IMG/VR virus record: IMGVR_UViG_3300049782_000136
Span: 1 to 38,199 of that record
Source: a virus
Lineage: Duplodnaviria; Caudoviricetes
Direction: 5' to 3' (one strand)
Length of the DNA: 38,199 nucleotides
Shown here: positions 9,836 through 16,496 of the stretch, in pieces
Layout of the letters: every line of letters starts with the position of its first letter
How positions within the stretch are numbered: the first letter of the stretch is position 1
Notes under the pieces: model-generated
Told to the model about the DNA's origin: nothing
The model's database searches: none
The model's input: only the letters and a program-made list of their open reading frames with translations
Made by a program: the position numbers and the translations under genes

Positions 9836-10806
9836 ACATATTAAAACCAGGAGATAGCGTGAATCATTACTTTGTTGTTATGAACACGGAAGAGAAATTG
9901 ACCAAGTCTGGAAAAACGTATTTGGATCTTCAAGTTCGTAATCGATATATCCATTGTAGTACGAAGATTTGGGATTGGGAGAATGTTAAACAAATGTATT
10001 TCAATCTAGAAGCTGGTGGATATGTAAAGCTAGTTGGAATCGTGGAAGAGTTTGCTGGTAGTCTCCAGATTAAATTCCAAGATATGATTTTATTCCTAGA
10101 AGACGAAATAGATATGACTCATATCCTAGAGGTTCCCCATAAGCCTTTGGAAGAGATGAAGAATGAACTTTGGAGATATATTCATATGATCCAAAATGTC
10201 AATCTGAAGGAGCTTTGTGCATGTGCTTTAGATACAGGATACGGTTTATGGAAAGCTTTCTATACCAAGCCAGCTGCGAGTAAGTATCACCATGCAACAC
10301 AACATGGATTAATCGAGCATACAGTTTCCATGATGGGATTAGCAGTGAAGATCCAGAAACACTATCCTTTTCTTTCTTTGGATTTATTATTAGCTGGATG
10401 TCTCTGGCATGACATTGGAAAGACAGTAGAGCTTAACGATGTGCTGAAAGGTGGATATACAATAGAAGGACAATTGATTGGCCATATGAATCTAGCAATT
10501 ACCTTGATCGATCAGATACTAGTATCAGAGAGAACGGATGTGATCAATACCGAAGATATCATGCTGCTGAAACACATCATTCTCAGTCATCATGGAAAAC
10601 CAGAATGGGGATCTACGGTCAAACCAGCTATTCCAGAAGCAGAAGCACTCCATATGATCGACAAGATGGATGCAACATTTTATCGATTTTTCCGCCATAT
10701 GAAAGATGCTCCAGTAGGAGAATGGGTTTCTGATTCTACTTTATCAGGTCGTTATTTAAAACATAGTTTGCATGAGATGGTTGATAAGGATTATTACCGT
10801 TCGTAA
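9832..10806 (+). CDS. yhaM: YhaM/Cbf1-like OB-fold + HD-domain 3'-5' exoribonuclease
   Basis: N-terminal OB fold; PAASKYHHA..GLIEH, LWHDIGK, ILSHHGKPEWGS and PEAEALHMID motifs. Confidence 0.85.
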   Translation: MNILKPGDSVNHYFVVMNTEEKLTKSGKTYLDLQVRNRYIHCSTKIWDWENVKQMYFNLEAGGYVKLVGIVEEFAGSLQIKFQDMILFLEDEIDMTHILEVPHKPLEEMKNELWRYIHMIQNVNLKELCACALDTGYGLWKAFYTKPAASKYHHATQHGLIEHTVSMMGLAVKIQKHYPFLSLDLLLAGCLWHDIGKTVELNDVLKGGYTIEGQLIGHMNLAITLIDQILVSERTDVINTEDIMLLKHIILSHHGKPEWGSTVKPAIPEAEALHMIDKMDATFYRFFRHMKDAPVGEWVSDSTLSGRYLKHSLHEMVDKDYYRS

Positions 10807-10873
10807 AATAAAAATCCCCACTCTTACAGTGGGGAATCTGCTTGATTCATTCCTATTATACCATATGGGGTGA

Positions 10874-11416
10874 ATGTTGATGCAGGACTTAATTAATGAA
10901 TATAAAGAAGCACTTAAAAAGGTAAGAGAGTTGAAAGAAGGAGCATCTGAAGAAGACAGAAAGTTACTTGGAAGTATGGAAAGTGATTTACGATATAGCC
11001 TTCAATGGATGAAAACTTCTAGAAGACCAGGTAATCGAAGAGGAGTAGAGAGATTAGCAGCATACCAACGAGAAAAACCATTTGATCCAATCCTAATACA
11101 ACAATATTTTTATAGTCTAGGTAAGGATGAGAAGTTAACCTGTTTTCAAAATGATCCACACAAGATGATAGATAAAGAGAAGCATAATATGGTTAGCAAA
11201 AGCGATAAAATTAGGATCGAGGTAGCTCTCAGTACATTATCACCATTAGAAAGAGAAGTATATCTCATGAGTAGAGGACATTGTTTATCATTTAGTGAAA
11301 TCTCACGTATGTTAGGAATAGCAAAAGGAACAGTTCAGAAGATGATTGAGAGAGCAGAAAAAAAGATAATAACAGAAAAAGGTTCGAAGCTGCTTTCTTT
11401 AGATAAATTAGGTTAA
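10874..11416 (+). CDS. Xpf/YqaQ-like positive control factor (sigma-70 region 4 HTH), late-gene activator
   Basis: RRPGNRRGVER motif; LSPLEREVYLM...SFSEISRMLGIAKGTVQKMIERA. Confidence 0.85.
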   Translation: MLMQDLINEYKEALKKVRELKEGASEEDRKLLGSMESDLRYSLQWMKTSRRPGNRRGVERLAAYQREKPFDPILIQQYFYSLGKDEKLTCFQNDPHKMIDKEKHNMVSKSDKIRIEVALSTLSPLEREVYLMSRGHCLSFSEISRMLGIAKGTVQKMIERAEKKIITEKGSKLLSLDKLG

Positions 11417-11444
11417 AATAGAAGAGAGAATTAGGGGGAATCGT

Positions 11445-12596
11445 GTGAACATATTTTTAGATACTACATTGTTTTATGATGATCCGTTTTTAGATAAAGG
11501 CTACTATACAAGAAAGCTAATTGATTTATGTGAAGAAATGGAATTCAGTATTTATATTTCACAAGTTGTAATAGAAGAAACAAAAAATCATTTAGAGAAG
11601 AGATTAAAGAAAGAGATCAAAGAATTAAATAAAACAATTAAGGCTTTAAAACGACTTGATAGTAGTATTAAATATCCTGAAATTGAATATCAGATTAGTG
11701 ACTCAATTGAAAAATTTGATGCAAGAATTACAGAGTTAGAAGAGCAAGAATTAATTACAGTGGTTGACTATAATCATATATCATTAAATGAATTAATCGG
11801 TAGATCAATTAAAAGGAAAAAGCCATTCTCAGATAATAAGGAAGAGTTTAGAGATGCTATTATTTGGCTAACTTATGCTCAAATAGCGGAAAGTGAAAAC
11901 TTGGATGATTGTTATTTTATAACGAATAACAAAAAAGATTTTTGGGGAAAAGACCATAATGTCCATCCAGATTTATTAATTGATTCCAAGAGATTTAAAG
12001 TATTCAGTAATAGTCAAGAATTATTTGAAAAAGGAGAACTTCCATCTATAGAACGACTTGAATGCAAGTTTGATGAGCCAAATTTAAAAGAAGAAAAGCA
12101 TGGAAAACAAGTGAAAAAGCTTGAAATAGGAGAGCTTGAATTAGAACAAAGTATATCTGAGTTGATAGAAGAAGAGAATTCTATTGTTAGTGTTATTAAT
12201 AACAAATTCTTTGATACTTTGTATTCGGAACTGTGTAATTTTATAGCAAATGAAGATATGGATAATCAAGGAGACGGTTATCTAGATCCTGAATCAATGG
12301 ATATTGATTCGGTAAATAATCTTTATTATGAAAAGGTTTTTGATGAATTTGTTATAAAATGTGATGTTGCGACTACCATTTATGGTGAAACTTATATGTA
12401 TAATATGTTTCGCGATAAAGGTGACGATTATTATATGCAAACGGGTTCTGATGAAATGAAGTTCATATGCAGTTGTTCATTGATACTAGATATTTTGGTA
12501 GATGATGATAACACCGAAATAGAAATAATCGATCTTGAAATAGATGAGATAGAAGTGAAGAAATTCCCTAATTATGAAGGAAATCTTTTTGATTAA
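11445..12596 (+). CDS. PIN-domain protein (DUF4935-like), AT-rich moron
   Basis: IFLDT, VVIEE, KKPF..EFRDAIIW and FITNNKKDF PIN motifs; very acidic C-terminal half. Confidence 0.85.
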   Translation: MNIFLDTTLFYDDPFLDKGYYTRKLIDLCEEMEFSIYISQVVIEETKNHLEKRLKKEIKELNKTIKALKRLDSSIKYPEIEYQISDSIEKFDARITELEEQELITVVDYNHISLNELIGRSIKRKKPFSDNKEEFRDAIIWLTYAQIAESENLDDCYFITNNKKDFWGKDHNVHPDLLIDSKRFKVFSNSQELFEKGELPSIERLECKFDEPNLKEEKHGKQVKKLEIGELELEQSISELIEEENSIVSVINNKFFDTLYSELCNFIANEDMDNQGDGYLDPESMDIDSVNNLYYEKVFDEFVIKCDVATTIYGETYMYNMFRDKGDDYYMQTGSDEMKFICSCSLILDILVDDDNTEIEIIDLEIDEIEVKKFPNYEGNLFD

Positions 12597-12601
12597 GAAA
12601 G

Positions 12602-12633
12602 CTGTCTTACGGTTGCCACCTATATATAGATAG
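12602..12633 (+). promoter_or_regulatory. putative late promoter for the Xpf-like activator
   Basis: TGTC-N7-GCCACCTATATATAGA resembles, from recollection, the motif after yqaQ-like genes in Bacillus prophages; not verified. Confidence 0.45.
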
Positions 12634-12819
12634 CATCTGATAAGTAGACAACCATCCATCACCTCGGAGAAGATTCACTTATTGGATGCTTTAAACTCTG
12701 TCGACTCGAAGGTTTACGTTTCTATGTGGGCTACTGAGTAGGGAAGATGGGGTTTTTTATTATTATGAAAAATGAAAATATCCTTCCTATGTCGAATAGA
12801 AATACACAGGAGGGATTTT

Positions 12820-13422
12820 ATGTTGAAGTTACTAATAGTTGTTTTTTTCTTTGTTACTATCTTTGGGTTAATAGGTTTGATCTACCCTACACCCTGGCAT
12901 AAAAAGGTTAAACTAAGTAAGCGATGGATCAATGCAGTATTATGTTTTGTTTTTTTAATATTGGCAGGTTTTATAGCTGATCTAGATAAGAATCAAACAA
13001 ATAAAGATGCACTAGAAATTAAATTAGACTCAAAGCCTTTGATTTGGCAGAACGAGGTAAAGACGATTGCAACATCGAATAAAACGAAAACAGAAAAATT
13101 TGATGAGGTAATGATCTTAGCTAAGAATTATCAGATTGTAGGAAATGAACAGTCTGAATTTGAAACGTATATTAAGCATGAATTTATTAGTGGTAATTAT
13201 TTGAAGGATATCAAGAACGATGAGTATATGCTGAGTAACATTTTTAAATCTGAAGTTATTAATCGACATTATGATGATAAACTTCAAGTGCCAATAGATC
13301 AATTTGCTTTTGATTTCTTACAAAATACAAAATATACTTACCGTGGGGTTGATACGGTAGATAGCTCAGCAGTTCGATCAAACGAAAGACAAATGAATAA
13401 ATCATTGAAAAAGATGAAATAG
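12820..13422 (+). CDS. membrane protein (2 N-terminal TM helices plus soluble domain), moron
   Basis: AGGAGGG RBS; two hydrophobic segments; own terminator. Confidence 0.8.
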   Translation: MLKLLIVVFFFVTIFGLIGLIYPTPWHKKVKLSKRWINAVLCFVFLILAGFIADLDKNQTNKDALEIKLDSKPLIWQNEVKTIATSNKTKTEKFDEVMILAKNYQIVGNEQSEFETYIKHEFISGNYLKDIKNDEYMLSNIFKSEVINRHYDDKLQVPIDQFAFDFLQNTKYTYRGVDTVDSSAVRSNERQMNKSLKKMK

Positions 13423-13446
13423 AGATCACTTTGGTGGTCTTTTTTT
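13421..13446 (+). terminator. intrinsic terminator
   Basis: agagatcac-tttg-gtggtcttt plus T tract. Confidence 0.7.
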
Positions 13447-13466
13447 CTTTGAGGGTATGATTTTAT

Positions 13467-13682
13467 ATGAAATCAACAATAGGAAGGTATATTACAAATC
13501 TTATGGAAGGTGGAGAATATAGGAGCAATGATCGTGCTGCTATTATCACAAGTGTAGTAGATGATACAGCCGTTTATTTGGTTGTATTAAATCCAACTGG
13601 ATTGTACTTTAATTTAAATGTTAGGCAAGGGGATAACGATGGATGCTGGGACTGGGTGCCATATCAAAAAAGTTGCTTATAA
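13467..13682 (+). pseudogene. degenerate small phage protein (P-S/T-V/I-GR...RAAIIT...VLNPTG type)
   Basis: Family-like motifs, but the expected YxSYG segment (YYKSYG) is in another frame and the 3' end runs into a methylase remnant. Confidence 0.5.
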
Positions 13683-13890
13683 TCATTCTGCCATTTCCCC
13701 AGAAAAGTTAGCAGAGGATCATATATTATCATGGTCACATGCTGGAGAAATTGTTTTGGATCCGTTCATGGGTTCGGGAACAACAGCCAAAATGGCTAAA
13801 AAAAATAATCGGTACTATATCGGTTTTGAGGTTTCACAGGAATATGTAAATCTGACATATGAACGTTTACTGCTCTCAGAAGGATTATGA
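13655..13890 (+). pseudogene. C-terminal fragment of N4/N6 DNA methyltransferase
   Basis: HSAISPEKLAEDHILSW..IVLDPFMGSGTT..YIGFE; catalytic N-terminal half and RBS absent. Confidence 0.85.
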
Positions 13891-13923
13891 ATGTAGAAAT
13901 GGATAAAGGAGAAGAGAATCAAC

Positions 13924-13955
13924 AGCAAAAACCCGATGTTGTCGGGCTTTTTTGC
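13924..13955. terminator. bidirectional intrinsic terminator
   Basis: gcaaaaacccga-tgttg-tcgggcttttttgc between convergent genes. Confidence 0.75.
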
Positions 13956-13962
13956 TACAAGG

Positions 13963-14316
13963 CTATATTTCGAAGTTGGGGTTCGTGAGTGCTTGGAGAA
14001 TAATGTTTCTGGAGACCGGATGTTCTTCATAAGTGAAGAATAATCCTCCTCCTTTTTCTCCTTTTGGTTCTAGGTAGATATTTCCTTCTTCTACCTTTAT
14101 GTTAAAGCCATCCGCTTCGATATATTGGGTGTGGTCTAGGCTTATATCTGTGTTCATTCGTCTGTTGAATTTCTCATTGTCTTCTTCGAATCTTAGGTTA
14201 AATATTTTTTCGTTGAGTCCAGATCCAAGGAGGTGTATTACCTCTTTGACCTCCTTTTGGTTTTGGTAGTTTACCTTTCTTTTAAGGATTGTTTTTACTT
14301 GATGATGGATGTTCAT
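13963..14316 (-). CDS. hypothetical 117-aa accessory protein
   Basis: AGGAGG RBS; own promoter/operator; downstream of an HTH gene. Confidence 0.8.
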   Translation of the reverse strand: MNIHHQVKTILKRKVNYQNQKEVKEVIHLLGSGLNEKIFNLRFEEDNEKFNRRMNTDISLDHTQYIEADGFNIKVEEGNIYLEPKGEKGGGLFFTYEEHPVSRNIILQALTNPNFEI

Positions 14317-14351
14317 TTGTTTCCTCCTATGTGCTTATGTGGTGGGTACAC

Positions 14352-14415
14352 TTACACAATAGCAAATATAATTATATAAGTCTATTATTTTTATACATAT
14401 ATAATTATATTTGCT
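14352..14415 (-). promoter_or_regulatory. promoter with 17-bp inverted-repeat operator
   Basis: agcaaatataattatat (14361-14377) / atataattatatttgct (14399-14415); extended -10 TGcTATTGT on the minus strand. Confidence 0.65.
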
Positions 14416-14438
14416 TTTTTGTTCAAAAAAAAGAGCCT

Positions 14439-14711
14439 TTATTTTTTGGCTCTTTCTTTACTTTCGTCTTCTTCAGGTATAAATGTATAAAAAATATCTG
14501 TTGATTCATCGAGTAAATAAGCTGCTCTATAAAGTATTTCTGGGCGCATTTGAGCTACTCCTGTGCAAAAATGATTTATATTTTGTCTTTTCATACCTAG
14601 TGCATCGGCCATTTCTGTTTGATTAGAGATTGGTTTTCCTGCTTTTTTTCGCTGATATAAAATATCTTCTAAGTTACAAACGACTTTACCTTTTGGTTTA
14701 ATTTCTTTCAT
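14439..14711 (-). CDS. XRE-family HTH regulator (paralog of 15161-15424)
   Basis: GGAGG RBS; NQTEMADALGMKRQNINHF HTH; shares KV.C.L..IL..RK.AG with the paralog. Confidence 0.85.
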   Translation of the reverse strand: MKEIKPKGKVVCNLEDILYQRKKAGKPISNQTEMADALGMKRQNINHFCTGVAQMRPEILYRAAYLLDESTDIFYTFIPEEDESKERAKK

Positions 14712-14890
14712 TTATGAAACCTCCATTCTAATTACACAATAATTGTACATTAGCAAATAATGCTAGACAAATATAATAAAAAAAGAAATGTCTAAAATAA
14801 TTTGATGTATATAATTTAATTAGCTAATATACGATTGCGCTACTAATAAGGAGTACATTAATATTTGGTGGAAAAATATACTAAGAGATA

Positions 14891-14919
14891 CTGACATCTT
14901 AAGAACAGGGTGCTATAAT
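14891..14919 (+). promoter_or_regulatory. sigmaA promoter of the sRNA
   Basis: CTGACA-17 bp-TATAAT with extended TG. Confidence 0.75.
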
Positions 14920-14924
14920 AAATC

Positions 14925-15026
14925 GCGAGAACAAACGCAGTTTAATGGACTATAGGTTCTCTTTGCATAACCCTTTTATATATATGACTAAATCCTAGCA
15001 CTGGCGCGTGCTGGGATTTGTTTTTT
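14925..15026 (+). ncRNA. putative ~100-nt trans-antisense sRNA
   Basis: Promoter; 5' stem (14927-32/14956-61); anti-RBS tract 14962-14980; terminator 14990-15026 with UGGCGC loop; no credible ORF. Confidence 0.7.
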
Positions 15027-15116
15027 GTTAGACATTTAGGTTCTTTATTCCCGATAAACAAACATTAAAATATGACCAGTCGTTTGAAGTGCTATAAGTC
15101 CGAACAATCCATAAAT

Positions 15117-15154
15117 TAAGAAAAGAGTCCTTTGACATAAGGGCTCTTTTCTTA
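15117..15154. terminator. bidirectional intrinsic terminator
   Basis: taagaaaagagtcctt-tgacat-aagggctcttttctta. Confidence 0.75.
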
Positions 15155-15160
15155 TTGTAT

Positions 15161-15424
15161 TTATTGGTCCACTTTTGCAGTTTTGTCATTTGTAGTTTCA
15201 TCGATCGTCCAGAGATCGTGTACGGAGCACTCTAGGATCTTTGCAATTTTTAAACAGTTATATAGGGAAGGTACAAATTCGCTGTTTGCAATTTGATAAA
15301 TGGCCTGCTTGGATATACCTATCTCTCTGGCTATTTGTATCTTGCTTATTTTTTTCTCGCCTGCAATTTTCCTGTCAGCGAGGATTCGATCTAAATGGCA
15401 GATAACTTTTTCTTTCGTTTTCAT
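15161..15424 (-). CDS. XRE-family HTH regulator divergent from the small-ORF array
   Basis: AAAGGAG RBS; SKIQIAREIGISKQAIYQI..PSL..CLKIAKILEC; promoter TTGACT-17-TAGAAT at 15478-15450. Confidence 0.9.
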   Translation of the reverse strand: MKTKEKVICHLDRILADRKIAGEKKISKIQIAREIGISKQAIYQIANSEFVPSLYNCLKIAKILECSVHDLWTIDETTNDKTAKVDQ

Positions 15425-15472
15425 ATGGTGAGCACTCCTTTCAATGATCATTCTATGCTATTTAAAGTGGAT

Positions 15473-15585
15473 AGTCAATTAATACTTATAAAAAGTAAAT
15501 TAATACTTGACCTATTAGTGAGTCAAAGCTACTATACAAGTGTCTCAAAGGGACACAATTATATAAGCATAAGGGGTTTTGCAAA
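15473..15585 (+). promoter_or_regulatory. cassette promoter P1, operator, leader hairpin and RBS
   Basis: TTGACC (15507)-17-TACTAT; GTCAA/TTGAC half-sites; hairpin 15540-15556; aaggggttttgcaaa. Confidence 0.8.
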
Positions 15586-15819
15586 GTGAAAAGATATAAT
15601 GAGCTAAAAATGGAATTTAACAGCATCAAGAAAGACGCTCGATTCTACATCGGATGCAACGATTTGAATGCTATGGAGATCGCTCGCGTTACCACTCTGA
15701 TAGATTTTCTTTTGATTCTAAGCATGGAGGTTAGCGAGCTGAAAGGTGTAAGAGCTAGAACTCTTAACAACAAAATTTCAGACCTTGGTGGTCAGCTTTC
15801 TTCCATGCTTGATAACTAA
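15586..15819 (+). CDS. small helical protein, cassette ORF1
   Basis: Own promoter, shared RBS motif, followed by a GCGCCA hairpin. Confidence 0.8.
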   Translation: MKRYNELKMEFNSIKKDARFYIGCNDLNAMEIARVTTLIDFLLILSMEVSELKGVRARTLNNKISDLGGQLSSMLDN

Positions 15820-15825
15820 ATTCCC

Positions 15826-15852
15826 AAAGACGACGCGCCAGTCGTCTTTTTT
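15826..15852 (+). terminator. GCGCCA-loop hairpin terminator 1
   Basis: aaagacgac-GCGCCA-gtcgtcttt plus T tract. Confidence 0.8.
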
Positions 15853-15911
15853 ATTTTCAGGAATCTTTGATTTACTTGATGCTGGCTAGACTAGACATAT
15901 TTAGTTCATAA

Positions 15912-16026
15912 AGGTCAATTGATACTATAAAAAGGTCAAGTATTACTTGACCTCCTTGCCCTCCAGAGTTAATATAAACATGTTCCCAAGGGGAACTAAA
16001 TCTATAAGGCATAAGGGGTTATGCAA
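15912..16026 (+). promoter_or_regulatory. cassette promoter P2 (diverged copy of P1) with palindromic operator
   Basis: AGGTCAAGTA-t-TACTTGACCT at 15933-15953; TTGACC-17-TAATAT; hairpin 15982-15996; aaggggttatgcaaa. Confidence 0.8.
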
Positions 16027-16215
16027 ATGACAAGCTTGGATAATTTAATCAAGGAGCTTCAAAAGGAAGTGGAGCCCTACTTGGATCGATTGGTGGCAGG
16101 GAAACTAAGCGCCGAGGATCTCGACCACCTGATCAAGTTGGAGATGAAGATGATAGAACTGGAGTACCTAACGATTCAAAAGCTCTATACCAAAAAATTG
16201 CACGAAGCGATCTAA
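16027..16215 (+). CDS. small acidic helical protein, cassette ORF2
   Basis: RBS spacing favours ATG 16027; followed by a GCGCCA hairpin. Confidence 0.8.
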   Translation: MTSLDNLIKELQKEVEPYLDRLVAGKLSAEDLDHLIKLEMKMIELEYLTIQKLYTKKLHEAI

Positions 16216-16220
16216 ACTGG

Positions 16221-16242
16221 AAGGCGACGCGCCAGTCGCCTT
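16221..16242 (+). repeat. GCGCCA-loop hairpin 2 (intercistronic, no T tract)
   Basis: aaggcgac-GCGCCA-gtcgcctt. Confidence 0.8.
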
Positions 16243-16272
16243 CTCTAAAAAATTTAAAAGGGGTTATGCAAA

Positions 16273-16440
16273 ATGAAAAAACACACGCTTAAGGTTGAAC
16301 TAGCAATCGCAGAGGCAATGCTAAAAGAGGCGGAAGCCTTGCAAGCTACAGGAACGGAGCACTTTGAAATGGTAAAGGTGCGCATTGGGTTGGAGCTTGA
16401 AGTTGAAAATTTGAAAGCGAAAATTGCAGAACAAAAATAA
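16273..16440 (+). CDS. 55-aa coiled-coil protein, cassette ORF3 (not in ORF track)
   Basis: MKKHTLKVELAIAEAMLKEAEALQATGTEHFEMVKVRIGLELEVENLKAKIAEQK; same RBS motif. Confidence 0.8.
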   Translation: MKKHTLKVELAIAEAMLKEAEALQATGTEHFEMVKVRIGLELEVENLKAKIAEQK

Positions 16441-16443
16441 TGG

Positions 16444-16476
16444 ACAAAAGAGCGACGCGCCAGTCGCTCTTTTGTT
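16444..16476 (+). terminator. GCGCCA-loop hairpin 3
   Basis: acaaaagagcgac-GCGCCA-gtcgctcttttgt. Confidence 0.8.
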
Positions 16477-16496
16477 ACTTGTGTGAGGTGTTGAAG

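Noticed and set aside
12632-12760. tRNA or self-cleaving ribozyme in the late leader
   Set aside because: No cloverleaf or T-loop consensus; ctgataag does not match the hammerhead core.
14942-14968. Minus-strand micro-ORF MQREPIVH behind the shared RBS motif
   Set aside because: RBS-ATG spacing is only ~2 nt; promoter, T tract and G-U pair all favour a + strand RNA.
15826-16476. Repeated hairpins as a CRISPR array or integron attC sites
   Set aside because: The spacers are whole genes of unequal length, the repeats vary in the stem, there are no cas or integrase genes in the window, and no RYYYAAC/GTTRRRY boxes.
16440-16496. ORF-track N-terminal extension of the methylase
   Set aside because: It runs through hairpin 3; the RBS points to TTG 16497.
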